Notes: generated by a model from the letters alone, not told the origin. Shown: positions 18,239 through 28,768, counted from the stretch's first letter. The stretch: 64,000 nucleotides of DNA from Dehalococcoidia bacterium (GCA_022828105.1 JAJEJC010000007.1:336688-400687), one strand, 5' to 3'. Numbers and translations: made by a program.

Positions 18239-19236
18239 CAACCCTCCACCGTTGGCGCCCGCTCCATCAGCACCCGGATAGCCTGGCGCGGATCCAACTC
18301 TTCGAACAGCACCCGCGATACGACCTCCGCGATTGGCATCTGCACGTCCAGCGCCTCCGCAACCTCGAGCACGACCTTCGTGGTCTCGACGCCTTCCACC
18401 ACGTGCGGGTTTCCCGCCATCGCCTCGGCGAGCGTTAATCCGTTGCCGATCTTCTCCCCCAGCGAGCGATTTCGCGAGCGGGGACTGTTGGCGGTAGCCA
18501 GCAGGTCGCCAAGACCTGCAAGTCCGGCAAACGTCGACGGCTGAGCGCCCAGGGCCACTCCCAATCGCGCCATCTCCGAGAGCCCGCGCGTCATCAGCGC
18601 GGCATTGCCGTTGTCGCCGATGTCCAGACCAGTTGCGATTCCGACGGCGATCGCGATGACATTCTTCAGCGCGCCGCCAAGCTCGACGCCTACCACGTCC
18701 TCGTTCGTGTACACGCGAAATGCGGCGGAGTTGAGCGCCGCCTGGAGTCGCGCTCGGCATTCCTCCCGCTCCGCCGCGGCGACCGTGGTGGCGGGCAGTC
18801 CGCGCGCGACCTCGCGGGCGATGTTCGGCCCCGAGATCACCCCGACGCGCGCTTCGCGCTCCGCAAGTTGTAGCTCCTGGGTCAACACCTCGGTCATGCG
18901 CAGATGCGAGCCGCGTTCCAGGCCCTTGGCCGCCGACGCGTGCACGGTGTCGCCCGGAGTCAAATCCGGCAAGACCAGGCGCAAGTTGTCACGCAGCCGC
19001 TGCGACGGGGTTGCCCAGATGATCACCTCGGGCGGACGCCCTTGCGCGTCCGCCCTGAAGCGGAGTCCTTCGGGTAGCGCGATGCCGGGCAACAGTCGGC
19101 GGTGCTCCCGCGCGGCCGAGAGCTCGGCCGCTTCGGCCTCGGTGCGGCATAGCACCTCAACATCATTGCCGGCCCGCTCGGCGCAGATCGCCAGCGTGCA
19201 ACCCCATGACGTGGCGCCGACCACCATCACTCTCAT
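18238..19236 (-). CDS. gpsA: NAD(P)H-dependent glycerol-3-phosphate dehydrogenase
   Basis: SGPNIAREVA, DVVGVELGGALKNVIAIA.G, GLAGLGDL.AT, SRN; variant nucleotide-binding loop GATSWG. Confidence 0.95.
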   Translation of the reverse strand: MRVMVVGATSWGCTLAICAERAGNDVEVLCRTEAEAAELSAAREHRRLLPGIALPEGLRFRADAQGRPPEVIIWATPSQRLRDNLRLVLPDLTPGDTVHASAAKGLERGSHLRMTEVLTQELQLAEREARVGVISGPNIAREVARGLPATTVAAAEREECRARLQAALNSAAFRVYTNEDVVGVELGGALKNVIAIAVGIATGLDIGDNGNAALMTRGLSEMARLGVALGAQPSTFAGLAGLGDLLATANSPRSRNRSLGEKIGNGLTLAEAMAGNPHVVEGVETTKVVLEVAEALDVQMPIAEVVSRVLFEELDPRQAIRVLMERAPTVEG

Positions 19237-19850
19237 GACTCGGACCTGCCCATGGAGAGCACTCGTTCGGTCCCCGAGGCGATCCGCTCAATGTTGTCCT
19301 TATGTCCGATCAGCACCAGCGCCCAGGTCCCTACCGCGAACACCGCATAGACGTCAGGGGCGCCGCCAAAGACCGCCAGCAGCGACATCCCAATCGCCGC
19401 CGATGTCGCCCCGGTCAAGGAGGCCAACGACATCACCCGCACCCGCACCAGGATCGGAATACCGGTGCCCAGGGCGAACAGCGCGCCCATCGGCATGATT
19501 GCGAGCACGCCGCCCAGCGCCGTCGCCGCGCCTCGTCCACCGCGGAATCCCGCGAACAGCGGCAACTGGTGACCGACGACCGCCGCCAGTCCCGCGACGA
19601 CCTCTGCTGTCGGGCTATCCCAGACCGCCATGACGATCAGGATCGGCGCGGCTCCCTTGACCGCGTCAAGCGCCAGCACCGTGACCGACCAGCGCAGCCC
19701 CAGCGCGCGGAACGTATTGGTCGCGCCGGTGCGTCCGCTGCCCGAGGCGCGAATGTCCTCGCCGCCCCGCCACATGCCGATCCAGAGCCCGGTCGGGATC
19801 GACCCGAGCAGATACCCGATCGCCCCGCCGACAATCCAGGCCTCAACCAC
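19233..19850 (-). CDS. plsY: Glycerol-3-phosphate 1-O-acyltransferase PlsY
   Basis: YLLGSIP, GSG.TGATN, D..KG, GH..P.F.GFRGGRG.AT, HKDNI. Confidence 0.95.
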   Translation of the reverse strand: MVEAWIVGGAIGYLLGSIPTGLWIGMWRGGEDIRASGSGRTGATNTFRALGLRWSVTVLALDAVKGAAPILIVMAVWDSPTAEVVAGLAAVVGHQLPLFAGFRGGRGAATALGGVLAIMPMGALFALGTGIPILVRVRVMSLASLTGATSAAIGMSLLAVFGGAPDVYAVFAVGTWALVLIGHKDNIERIASGTERVLSMGRSES

Positions 19851-21252
19851 GGGCGCCGCCTCCGTTGCTCGACTCTTCGGAGTCCCTGCCTCGCAGCACG
19901 CAGCGTAGTGGCGTGCCCTCGAAGCCGAAGGTGCGGCGGATGCGGCCCATCAGGTAACGCTCGTAGGAGAAGTGCACACCTTCGGGATAGTTGACGAAGA
20001 AGGTGAACGTAGGCGGATCCGAGCCGGTCTGAACGGCGTAGTAGAAGCGGATGCGCTTGCCTCGATGCGTGGACGGCGTTCGTTCCATCTGCGCCTGACG
20101 CAGCATGGCGTTGAGCCGCGGCGTCGGCACTTGCATGCGGCGAGCCTCGGCGACATGCAGCGCCGCCGCGACGACGCTGTCGACCGCGTCGCCGGTCAGG
20201 GCCGAGATCCAGACGATCGGCGCCCAACTCGCAAATCTCGCCCGGCCGGCGAGCTGTCGCTCCCTGCTGTTCCTCAAACCGTCTTCCGCATCGACCAGAT
20301 CGGACTTGTTCATCACGATCACGACGCCCGAGCCCTCATCCATCGCCATGCCGATCACATGCAGGTCCTGCGACGTCACCCCTTCGTGCGCGTCGATCAC
20401 TACGGCAGAGACATCCGCGCGGCGTACTGCAGCGCCCGCCCTGCGCACCGAGGCGCGCTCAATCCCGGGCGCGACCCGTCCTCGGCGGCGTATTCCCGCC
20501 GTATCGACCAGAGACACGCGTTCGCCGCCGAAGCTGAGCATCGTATCCACCGCATCCCGAGTCGTGCCGGGCACCTCAGAGACGATCATGCGCTCGTCGC
20601 GCAACAGCGCATTGACTAACGAGGACTTGCCCACGTTGGGCCGCCCGACGATCGCCAGCCGGCAGGCGACATCCTCGGTCTCCAACGGTTCGGCGACCGC
20701 CAGGCTCTCGGTGACCCGATCGAGCAGGTCGTCGATCCAGCGGCCGTGATGGGCGGAAATGGCCACGGGTTCGCCCAGCCCAAGCGAGAAGAACTGCGCC
20801 GCCTCCGCGACCAGCAAGTCGTTATCCGCCTTGTTCGCGCAGACGGTCACCGGCTGTGAAACTTCGCGCAGCAGACGCGCCACATCCTCGTCGGCGGGCA
20901 GCGTGCCCGCTTGCGCATCAACGACCAGCACGATCGCATCAGCCTCGGACACCGCCTGCTGCACCTGTTCCGCCACGGAGTCCGCGAAAGGTCCGGTGAG
21001 CTGCTCGCCAAGCAGTCCGCCGGTGTCAATCACCGAGAAATGCTGTCCGCGCCACTCCGTCGTGGCGTAGTTTCGGTCTCGGGTCGTGCCCGGTTCTCCC
21101 CGCACGATCGCCTGGCGACGGCGCACGATCCGATTGAACAGTGTCGACTTGCCGACATTCGGGCGGCCCACGATCGCGACCGTGGGCAGCGCGTTGCCCG
21201 GCAGCGCGCGCACCTCGACCTGCGGCGGTTGGTTCTGGGAGTCCTCACTCAT
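19843..21252 (-). CDS. der: Ribosome biogenesis GTPase Der (EngA)
   Basis: Two G domains (GRPNVGKS x2, GTTRD, DTGG/DTAG, NKxD) and KH-like C-terminus; ATG at 21252 with GGAGGT RBS. Confidence 0.96.
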   Translation of the reverse strand: MSEDSQNQPPQVEVRALPGNALPTVAIVGRPNVGKSTLFNRIVRRRQAIVRGEPGTTRDRNYATTEWRGQHFSVIDTGGLLGEQLTGPFADSVAEQVQQAVSEADAIVLVVDAQAGTLPADEDVARLLREVSQPVTVCANKADNDLLVAEAAQFFSLGLGEPVAISAHHGRWIDDLLDRVTESLAVAEPLETEDVACRLAIVGRPNVGKSSLVNALLRDERMIVSEVPGTTRDAVDTMLSFGGERVSLVDTAGIRRRGRVAPGIERASVRRAGAAVRRADVSAVVIDAHEGVTSQDLHVIGMAMDEGSGVVIVMNKSDLVDAEDGLRNSRERQLAGRARFASWAPIVWISALTGDAVDSVVAAALHVAEARRMQVPTPRLNAMLRQAQMERTPSTHRGKRIRFYYAVQTGSDPPTFTFFVNYPEGVHFSYERYLMGRIRRTFGFEGTPLRCVLRGRDSEESSNGGGARG

Positions 21253-22513
21253 CTTCGACCTCCGCCGACTCTTCATCACTGACACTGTCCGATGCCGTGT
21301 CGACTGGCTGGACTGATGAGACGGTAATCAAGATGCGATTCGGCGTGATGCTCAGCAACTCGATTCCGCTCGGCGGCAGCCATTCGAGTTCGATCAGGTG
21401 CCTGCCGGCGCCGATCTGCGACATGTCAATCTCCAGAGGGCCCAGCGGTCCTTCGAGTTCCGAAATCAAAGCGACCGGGCCGTGCAGCTTGACAAGGGCC
21501 GCGGGCGGATCGCGCGGTGCGGCATCGAGTCCAGTGTCAAGGCCGACCAATCGAATCGCAACTGGTAAATCGACGGTAGTCAAGACCGGCTCAACTGCAA
21601 TCGTCACCTGAATCGCCGTCTCCGTCTCGCCCGCCGGTGCGACGCCGTCGGCGAAGACCAATCTCGCCCGCGTCGTCAGATCAGTGGTCCGACCGCCGAT
21701 GTCAATCGGTTCCGTACTGACCTCGACTTCATCATCGAGCACGTTGCGCGAGACAAGTACCTCGACCGTCGTCGGCGTCGCGCTCACGGTGCGCATTCGA
21801 TACCCCTCGGCCGGCGTGCCGATCACGTCGGGCAGGATCGACGCCGTCTTTCGGAACACTTCCTGCTCGATAGGCACGCGCACCTGGGCGAACCTCGGAT
21901 TGATGACTACCTGTGACACTGAACCACCTGCGGCAGTCCGAGCCTCGAGCGTGACATCTCGCTCCACCGACGCCCTCGCGCCGCCCAAGTCGAGGCGTGC
22001 CACCACCGAGTCGACCGCCTCGACCTCGGTTGCGATCCCCGAGACCAGAGCCGTCACGGGCGTGACTTCGGGTGTGCCTACGCGGAAACCCAGCGGCGGC
22101 AGATTCGACGGCTCCACGACGACCGGCACTTCGCGTTCGACGCTCTGCTGCAAGATTACGACCACGGTCTCGGGCTGAACCGCGCGAACGCGCACATCGC
22201 CCTCCAGGCGGTCGACGCGGACTGCCAGGCTGTGCTGTCCTGCAACTCGATTGCGCATCGAGACCGTGGCCAGGAAGTGCTCCGGACGCGCGGCTTCAAC
22301 ATCCGCCTCGCGACCGATCACGGACACGGTGACGGGCAATGGCTCGCTGGCAACGACGAGATCGGAGCCGAGGTCGCGGACCTCGACCGGCAGACTGAAG
22401 CCCAGGCGCGATTCGATCTCGCGATTCTCGGTGTCGGCGATCACGAACCACACGATCAACGCCAGCACGACCACCGAGACCAGCAGGCCCGCCTCTTGCG
22501 CCGCGCGTCGCAC
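21245..22513 (-). CDS. cdaR: CdaR/YbbR-domain regulator of diadenylate cyclase
   Basis: N-terminal TM helix followed by repeated YbbR-like beta domains; immediately downstream of cdaA. Confidence 0.8.
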   Translation of the reverse strand: MRRAAQEAGLLVSVVVLALIVWFVIADTENREIESRLGFSLPVEVRDLGSDLVVASEPLPVTVSVIGREADVEAARPEHFLATVSMRNRVAGQHSLAVRVDRLEGDVRVRAVQPETVVVILQQSVEREVPVVVEPSNLPPLGFRVGTPEVTPVTALVSGIATEVEAVDSVVARLDLGGARASVERDVTLEARTAAGGSVSQVVINPRFAQVRVPIEQEVFRKTASILPDVIGTPAEGYRMRTVSATPTTVEVLVSRNVLDDEVEVSTEPIDIGGRTTDLTTRARLVFADGVAPAGETETAIQVTIAVEPVLTTVDLPVAIRLVGLDTGLDAAPRDPPAALVKLHGPVALISELEGPLGPLEIDMSQIGAGRHLIELEWLPPSGIELLSITPNRILITVSSVQPVDTASDSVSDEESAEVEDE

Positions 22514-23422
22514 TTAGGGCCCCGATGCATCTCCGCCGGCGGTCGACGGAGTGCCGCTGTGTCGACCCCACACTCGGTCTAGCCAGCGTGTGCCCAACCG
22601 ATCGCCCCAGCGCCGCGAGTGCAACTGTCGCGCCAGCGCCACTTCCAACTCGGTTGCCGTCAACGGCGCCGAGAGCACCCCGCCAACCGCAAGCGAGACC
22701 CGCCCACTCTCCTCCGAGACTACCACTGCCACGGCGTCCGTTTCCTCAGTGACGGTCAACGCGGCGCGGTGCCGCGTGCCGAGATGCGCTCCCGCGTGGC
22801 CGTTGCCCTGGCCGCGCACGCTGTACTCGCCTGCCGGCGTCGGGATGATTACTGCAGCAGCGACGACCTCCGACGGCCGCAGCAGTACTGCGCCGTCGTG
22901 TAGCGGCGAACCGCGCCAGAAGATGCTCTCGAGTAGCTCAAGTGTCGGTTCCGCGCCCAGCCGGACGCCGGCGTCGGCCAGCTCTTCGAGGCCGGTGTCT
23001 CGCTCAAACACGAACAGCCCGCCGACCCGCTGTTGCGAGAGCTGATGCACCACCGCCACGACGATCGGGATCGACGCCCGATACGGCTGTCTCCTGCTGC
23101 CCCAGTGCTTCAGACCTCCCGCGCGGCCGACGTGCTCGAAGGCCCGCCGGAACTCCGGCTGAAACACCAGCAGCACGACGATCAACAACACCGCCAGCGC
23201 GTTCTCAACGATCCAGTCGAGGACAATCGACTCGGTCAAGCGGCCGATTACGAGGATTGCGAGCACGACGAGCACCATCCCGCGGATCACGGACATCGCC
23301 GTCGTTCCGCGCAGCAGTCGTAAGCCGGCGTAGAAGAACACGGCGATGACCGTGATCTCCAGCGCGCTCGTCCAGCCAAAGTCGCTAAACGTCACCTGGA
23401 TGTCGTTGACCAGTTCAGTCAC
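22514..23422 (-). CDS. cdaA: Diadenylate cyclase CdaA (c-di-AMP synthesis)
   Basis: Three TM helices, FQPEFRR, SPLHDGA and GTRHRAA catalytic motifs, VVSEESG. Confidence 0.93.
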   Translation of the reverse strand: MTELVNDIQVTFSDFGWTSALEITVIAVFFYAGLRLLRGTTAMSVIRGMVLVVLAILVIGRLTESIVLDWIVENALAVLLIVVLLVFQPEFRRAFEHVGRAGGLKHWGSRRQPYRASIPIVVAVVHQLSQQRVGGLFVFERDTGLEELADAGVRLGAEPTLELLESIFWRGSPLHDGAVLLRPSEVVAAAVIIPTPAGEYSVRGQGNGHAGAHLGTRHRAALTVTEETDAVAVVVSEESGRVSLAVGGVLSAPLTATELEVALARQLHSRRWGDRLGTRWLDRVWGRHSGTPSTAGGDASGP

Positions 23423-23504
23423 GACAATCGCCTCGGATCCCTAGCCAGCTTGCTGCCCCAATGCGCCGGTCGTCATGCTAGGCGACCGACCATCTGGACG
23501 CCGT

Positions 23505-24416
23505 TCAGCCGAACAGCCAGGCCATCAGCGCCTGTTGGGCATGCAAACGATTCTCTGCCTGATCGAGCACGATCGACTGCGGTCCGTCCAGCACCTCGTC
23601 GCTGATCTCCTCGCCGCGATGCGCGGGCAGACAGTGCATGACTCCGGCATCAGGCGAAGCCTTGGCGACGAGATTGACATCGACCTGGTAGCCCACAAAC
23701 GCTTCATGCCGTTGCTTCGTTTCGAGTTCCTGCCCCATCGAGGTCCAGGTATCCGTGTACACCACATCGGCCCCGAAGACCGCCTCCTCCGGATCGGACA
23801 TTGTCGACACGCTGCCGCCCGACTCCCGCGCCCTCAGTGCCGCATCCTCGACACTGGACGCGTCGAGTTCGTACCCCGCCGGCGACGCGAGTCGAACGTG
23901 CATCCCCTCGCCGGCTGCGGCGGCCGCAAGCGAACGGGCAACATTGTTGCCGTCGCCGACGTAGGCAAGGCAGCGACCGCTCGTGCCCCCGTGCTCTCGG
24001 ATCGTCAACACATCGGCAAGCGCCTGGCAGGGATGTTCCCAATCGCTGAGGGCGTTGATCACCGGCACTCCGGACGATGCCGCGAGTCGCTCAAGAACGG
24101 TCTGATCGAATGTCCGGCAAACGATCAGATCGCAGTAACGTCCCGCCACACTACCGACATCTTCCGGCGACTCGCGTTCGCCGATGCCCACTTCCGGCGG
24201 GGAGAGATACAGCGGCCGACCGCCCAGGTTGCTGACCGCCAGCTCGAACGAGACTCGGGTACGCAACGACGGCTTCTGGAAGATCAACAGCGCCGTCTTG
24301 CCGGCGAGCTCCGAGCCGCGCGGGCCGCTGCGACGCTTCGACTCAAGCGCCAGGTCCAGGACCGCGCCAATCTCCGACGCCGACAGGTCGCCAATGCTCA
24401 AGACCGATCGAGTCAT
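23505..24416 (-). CDS. argF: Ornithine carbamoyltransferase
   Basis: [46 protein letters not shown]. Confidence 0.9.
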   Translation of the reverse strand: MTRSVLSIGDLSASEIGAVLDLALESKRRSGPRGSELAGKTALLIFQKPSLRTRVSFELAVSNLGGRPLYLSPPEVGIGERESPEDVGSVAGRYCDLIVCRTFDQTVLERLAASSGVPVINALSDWEHPCQALADVLTIREHGGTSGRCLAYVGDGNNVARSLAAAAAGEGMHVRLASPAGYELDASSVEDAALRARESGGSVSTMSDPEEAVFGADVVYTDTWTSMGQELETKQRHEAFVGYQVDVNLVAKASPDAGVMHCLPAHRGEEISDEVLDGPQSIVLDQAENRLHAQQALMAWLFG

Positions 24417-24536
24417 CGCTCTCGCACCCTTCAGGTTCCACGGTAGCGCCAGCCAATTCCGCGTGTTGTACGTTCTTCGTTTAATGTCGGCGTGTTCGTC
24501 GCGTGTCACGCCGGTGCAAGGGACGACCTATACACC

Positions 24537-24965
24537 ATGAGCATCTGGTCACAGATCCGTCCGCCGGCGCAGACGACGGCGCACCGCCGTTCATGGCTGT
24601 TCGGGCGTACCAATCCGCGGGTGGCCGCGCTCGCGAGTCTGCCAATCGTTGCGGCAGGGCTGTGTCTCGTGATTGGATTGGCACAGCTTGCGTCCGCGCT
24701 GTCTGACCCTGCACAATCGGCCGTCATCCAGTCGGCCGCGATGCCGACCGCCGCCAACGAATCGAAGATCGACATCAACACGGCTACAGCAGCTGAGCTG
24801 GCAACGCTGCCAGGCGTTGGCGAGCGTCGGGCGCAGGCCATCATCGAGCTGCGCGAGCAGCGGCCCTTCGCATCGCTTGCCGACCTCGTGCATCGCGGCG
24901 TGCTCAAGACCAATGAACTCCCAGCGCTCGCACCGCTGATCGCGGCCTATGTTCGCGCCGACTAG
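24537..24965 (+). CDS. comEA: ComEA-family DNA-binding protein (TM + HhH)
   Basis: KIDINTATAAELATLPGVGERRAQAII HhH motif; directly upstream of comEC. Confidence 0.85.
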   Translation: MSIWSQIRPPAQTTAHRRSWLFGRTNPRVAALASLPIVAAGLCLVIGLAQLASALSDPAQSAVIQSAAMPTAANESKIDINTATAAELATLPGVGERRAQAIIELREQRPFASLADLVHRGVLKTNELPALAPLIAAYVRAD

Positions 24966-27471
24966 ACGGCTGGCCGCATTTGCCGAGCTGCGGCCGATCT
25001 ATCTCCCGCCGCTGCTGCTCTGGACGATCAGCTTCGTTGCAGGCGTCTCGCTCTCGCTCTCGATGGCAGGCGTGTGGATTGTCGCGCTGGCCGTGCTGGG
25101 CGCAACTGCGCTCTCGTTCGCCGTTGGCTTCGCCGGGAACGCCACGCCGCGCAACCGCGCGCTCCAGGCAGTGCTGATCCTGTTCGCGCCGACACTGCTG
25201 GCCCTGGGATTCTGGCGCGCCGAATCGACCAAGTTCGAACCTGACAGTCTCGCCCTTGCCGACCTCAACGGGCAGATCGTGCGCATCGACGGCACCATCA
25301 TCGAGGATCCGCAGTTCAATACTGGCGGAGTCCGATTTCTGGTGGCGGCGCAGCAGATCACACTCGGAGACCAGCGCCGCACGCTGGACGAGCAAGTACT
25401 CCTCCACGCGACGGAACCGTTGAGTCTCGCGATCGGCGATCGGATCAGCGCTCGCGCGGTGTTGTCCCCCACGGCACTTGCGGCTGACGACTATCTCATC
25501 TGGCTCGCCAACCGGCGCATCGCCGCCTCGGGACTGACGACGCCAAGCGGCGTTTCGGTTCAGGCGACTGGCCGGCTTCCTTGGTGGCAGCGCGTGGCCG
25601 CGGACGCCCGTGCGACACTCAACGATCGTTTGCGCGACGCGTTGCCACCGCCGCTCTCCGCCATCGCGCAGGGCATGGTCACGGGACGGCGCGACGCCCT
25701 CGACTCCGATCTGCGCGCGACGCTGAACGACACCTCGCTCTCCCACCTGATTGTGATCTCGGGCAGCAATCTCACGTTGCTCACGACGATCCTGATGTCG
25801 GCGTTCGCCTGGCTGGTGGGGCGTCGTCCTGCGGCGGCGCTGGCGATCGTTGCTGCGCTCGCCTACGGCACGCTGGTCGGACCGGACCCGCCCGTCCAAC
25901 GAGCCATGTGGATGGCGATCGTCTTCGCCGCTTCGCACATGCTCGGCCGTGGCGCGTCCGCGCTCTATGCCGTGACCGCTACCGCCGGACTGATGATTGC
26001 CCTCGAGCCGTACATCCTGCTCGATATCTCCTTCCAGCTCACGCTCGCCGGAACCCTGGGCATTGTCATCCTGATGCCGTCGCTGTCACACGACTTCCTC
26101 AGCGGGCAACGTGGGATTGTCGGATCGATTCGAGACGCGGCGCTCGTCACATTGGTCGCCAGCCTTGCCACGATGCCGCTGATCATCCTCCACTTCGAGC
26201 GCGCGGCACTGATTGGCATTCCCGCAAATCTGCTCGCCGCGCCAGTCTTTGCCTGGATGCTGCTCGGCTCGGTCGCCACGGCGGTTGTCGGACTGATCTC
26301 CGAGTCCGTGGCGTCGATCATCGCCTGGCCGCTGGCCTGGCTCCCGCTGCGCTGGCTCGTGATTGTCGCCGAGCGGCTGGCGCAGCTTCCCGGCGCCGGC
26401 GTTCCGGTGATCGGCTTCAGCCATGTCCATTTGCTGCTGATCTACGCCGCAATCCTGACTGCTGCATTCAGGCCCCACCGCAATCGCGTCCGCCGCTGGT
26501 ATCGAGTGCCGTTGGCCAGCAGTCGAGCTCGTCCCAACCCTCTGCACGGGATCGGGCTCGACCTGTTACCCGACCTCCGTACCCACCTGTCGCGGGCGGC
26601 GTGGACCGGGATTGTCGCTGCCGCAGGTGCCGCGATCTGGATGTCTGCCTGTTCGTCCCCGTCGGACCAGTTGCGCGTCCACTTCCTCGATGTGGGCCAG
26701 GGCGACGCTGCGCTGATCATGACGCCCGAAGGGCGCAGCATCTTGATCGACGCCGGGGACCAATCCGACGCCATCCGCTCCTCGCTGCGCCGACACCTGC
26801 CCGCCAACACCCACACAATCGACTTGCTGATTATCACCCATCCGCAGTCAGATCACGGAGAGGCGCTCTGGGCGATTGTCGACTTCTATGACATCGAGCG
26901 CGCGCTCGTGAATCAGTACTTCGACTCCACGGCGTTTGGACGTCAAGTCCTGGACCTGCTGCGCCGGCAGGGCACGGATATCGAGATCATCCGCGCCGGA
27001 CAGCGCATCGCATTCGCCGGCGAGCCCGATCTTGCCCTCGACGTTCTCTGGCCGCCGCGTCACCGCCTGCCCGAACACTACGTCGCCGATCCGAACTCGA
27101 CGTCCATCGTGGTCCGCGCTCGCTATCTGGACGCCGCCTTCCTGTTCGCCGGCGACCTGAACGCCGAACAGGAATTGGATCTCGTCCGTCAATCATGTCC
27201 CGGCGCGGCAGAATCCTGCGATCTCCGCGCCGATGTGCTCAAAGTCGCCCACCAGGGCAGCCGCTACTCGTCGACTTCGCTATTCCTGGAGTCGGTGCGG
27301 CCCAGCATCGGCATCCTCAGCGCAGGCGAGCACAATCCGCACGGACATCCACACGAGTCCGTCCTGCGCAATCTGCAGCGGGTTGGCTCGACCGCCTATC
27401 TGACCTCCGAGCGCGGAGATATCAGCGTGAGCAGCGACGGACAGCGCATCAGCATTAGCACGGAGCGCTGA
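24949..27471 (+). CDS. comEC: DNA internalization competence protein ComEC/Rec2
   Basis: OB domain, HLIVISGSN competence domain, SFQLT, LDVGQGDA, THPQSDH, KVAHQGS, NPHGHPH beta-lactamase domain. Confidence 0.93.
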   Translation: MFAPTRRLAAFAELRPIYLPPLLLWTISFVAGVSLSLSMAGVWIVALAVLGATALSFAVGFAGNATPRNRALQAVLILFAPTLLALGFWRAESTKFEPDSLALADLNGQIVRIDGTIIEDPQFNTGGVRFLVAAQQITLGDQRRTLDEQVLLHATEPLSLAIGDRISARAVLSPTALAADDYLIWLANRRIAASGLTTPSGVSVQATGRLPWWQRVAADARATLNDRLRDALPPPLSAIAQGMVTGRRDALDSDLRATLNDTSLSHLIVISGSNLTLLTTILMSAFAWLVGRRPAAALAIVAALAYGTLVGPDPPVQRAMWMAIVFAASHMLGRGASALYAVTATAGLMIALEPYILLDISFQLTLAGTLGIVILMPSLSHDFLSGQRGIVGSIRDAALVTLVASLATMPLIILHFERAALIGIPANLLAAPVFAWMLLGSVATAVVGLISESVASIIAWPLAWLPLRWLVIVAERLAQLPGAGVPVIGFSHVHLLLIYAAILTAAFRPHRNRVRRWYRVPLASSRARPNPLHGIGLDLLPDLRTHLSRAAWTGIVAAAGAAIWMSACSSPSDQLRVHFLDVGQGDAALIMTPEGRSILIDAGDQSDAIRSSLRRHLPANTHTIDLLIITHPQSDHGEALWAIVDFYDIERALVNQYFDSTAFGRQVLDLLRRQGTDIEIIRAGQRIAFAGEPDLALDVLWPPRHRLPEHYVADPNSTSIVVRARYLDAAFLFAGDLNAEQELDLVRQSCPGAAESCDLRADVLKVAHQGSRYSSTSLFLESVRPSIGILSAGEHNPHGHPHESVLRNLQRVGSTAYLTSERGDISVSSDGQRISISTER

Positions 27472-27514
27472 GGCTTCGATATCGTCAGTGCAGCGGCCCC
27501 TCGGGCGGCTGCTC

Positions 27515-27601
27515 GCCGGGATGGCGAAACTGGCAGACGCGGCGGACTTAAAATCCGCTGGCCTTCGGGCCGTGTGGGTTCGAACCCCGCTCCCGGTACC
27601 A
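27515..27601 (+). tRNA. tRNA-Leu (anticodon TAA)
   Basis: GCCGGGA acceptor stem, anticodon arm GCGGA-CTTAAAA-TCCGC, long variable arm, GTTCGAA T-loop, encoded CCA. Confidence 0.96.
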
Positions 27602-27682
27602 CCTCTCCTCCTCGTTCGGCAAAGCACTAGACTGCCCAGCGCAGCGGCGTAACTGTGCGTCGCGCCCAGAAAGGACGCTCGA

Positions 27683-28768
27683 ATGAAAGCCGCCGTCTTC
27701 CACGGCCCCAACCAGGATCTGACTATCGAAGACGTTGACGTCTCCAAGCCCGGCCCGCGCGAAGTGCTGGTCAAGACGGCCGCATCGGGCGTCTGCCACT
27801 CCGATCTTCACTTCGTCGAAGGTCTCTATCCCTTCCAGGCCCCCGGCATCCTCGGACACGAGGCGGCTGGTGTGGTCGAAGAGGTCGGAGAGCTGGTCCA
27901 GCAGTTCAAGGCCGGCGACCACGTGATCATGTGCCTCTCCGTGTTCTGCGGCAACTGCTCCTACTGCCTCAGCGGCCGGCCCAACCTCTGCCGCAGCCCC
28001 GAGACCCAGCGCCGCCCCGATGAGGACCCGCGCCTCTCCTGGAACGGAAACCCCGTCGCCCAGTTCGCCAATCTCTCGACCTATGCCGAGTTCACGCTGG
28101 TTCATGAGAACGCGCTCGTCTACGTCGACGACGAGATGCCGCTGGACAAGGCCGCGCTGATCGGCTGCGGCGTGATGACCGGCGCAGGCGCCGCAATGAA
28201 CACCGCCAAGGTGCACCACGGCAGCACTGTCGCCGTGTTCGGCGCAGGCGGCGTTGGACTATCCGCGATCCAGGGCGCGCGCATCGCCGGCGCGAAGCAG
28301 ATCATCGCCGTCGACCTGCACGAGCACAAGCTGGCCCTGGCCCGCGAACTCGGCGCGACGCACTCGATCGACGCTTCCAGCGGTGACCCCGTCGCGCAGA
28401 TCCGCGACATGACCGAGGGCGAAGGCGTCGACTTCAGCTTCGAGGCGATTGGCCTCAAGAGCGTCGCCGAGCAGTGCTTCGCCGCGATCAAGCGCGGCGG
28501 CGTCGCCACGATCATCGGAATGGTCCCGCTCGGACAGACGCTGGAGATTCCCGCGCACGAACTGCTCTCGGAGAAGGTTCTGCAGGGCTCGAGCATGGGC
28601 AGCAACCGCTTCCGCACCGACATGCCCAACCTGGTGGAGTACTACCGCCAGGGCCGACTGATGCTCGACGAGATGGTCACCCAAACAGCGCCGCTGGAGG
28701 ACATCAATGAAGCCTTCCGCGCCATGAAGGCCGGAGAGGTCGCCCGAACCGTCCTGACCAGCTTCTAG
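27683..28768 (+). CDS. Zn-dependent alcohol dehydrogenase (class III-like MDR)
   Basis: GVCHSD, GHEAAG, CGNCSYC..G...LC structural Zn site, GAGGVG. Confidence 0.93.
   Translation: MKAAVFHGPNQDLTIEDVDVSKPGPREVLVKTAASGVCHSDLHFVEGLYPFQAPGILGHEAAGVVEEVGELVQQFKAGDHVIMCLSVFCGNCSYCLSGRPNLCRSPETQRRPDEDPRLSWNGNPVAQFANLSTYAEFTLVHENALVYVDDEMPLDKAALIGCGVMTGAGAAMNTAKVHHGSTVAVFGAGGVGLSAIQGARIAGAKQIIAVDLHEHKLALARELGATHSIDASSGDPVAQIRDMTEGEGVDFSFEAIGLKSVAEQCFAAIKRGGVATIIGMVPLGQTLEIPAHELLSEKVLQGSSMGSNRFRTDMPNLVEYYRQGRLMLDEMVTQTAPLEDINEAFRAMKAGEVARTVLTSF

Noticed and set aside
17282-18760. 492-aa version of the HEAT protein
   Set aside because: The extension overlaps gpsA by more than 500 nt; ATG at 18238, coupled to the gpsA stop, is the plausible start.
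27515-27601. bldA-like regulatory role for tRNA-Leu(TAA)
   Set aside because: TTA is rare in any high-GC genome and nothing in this window supports regulatory use.
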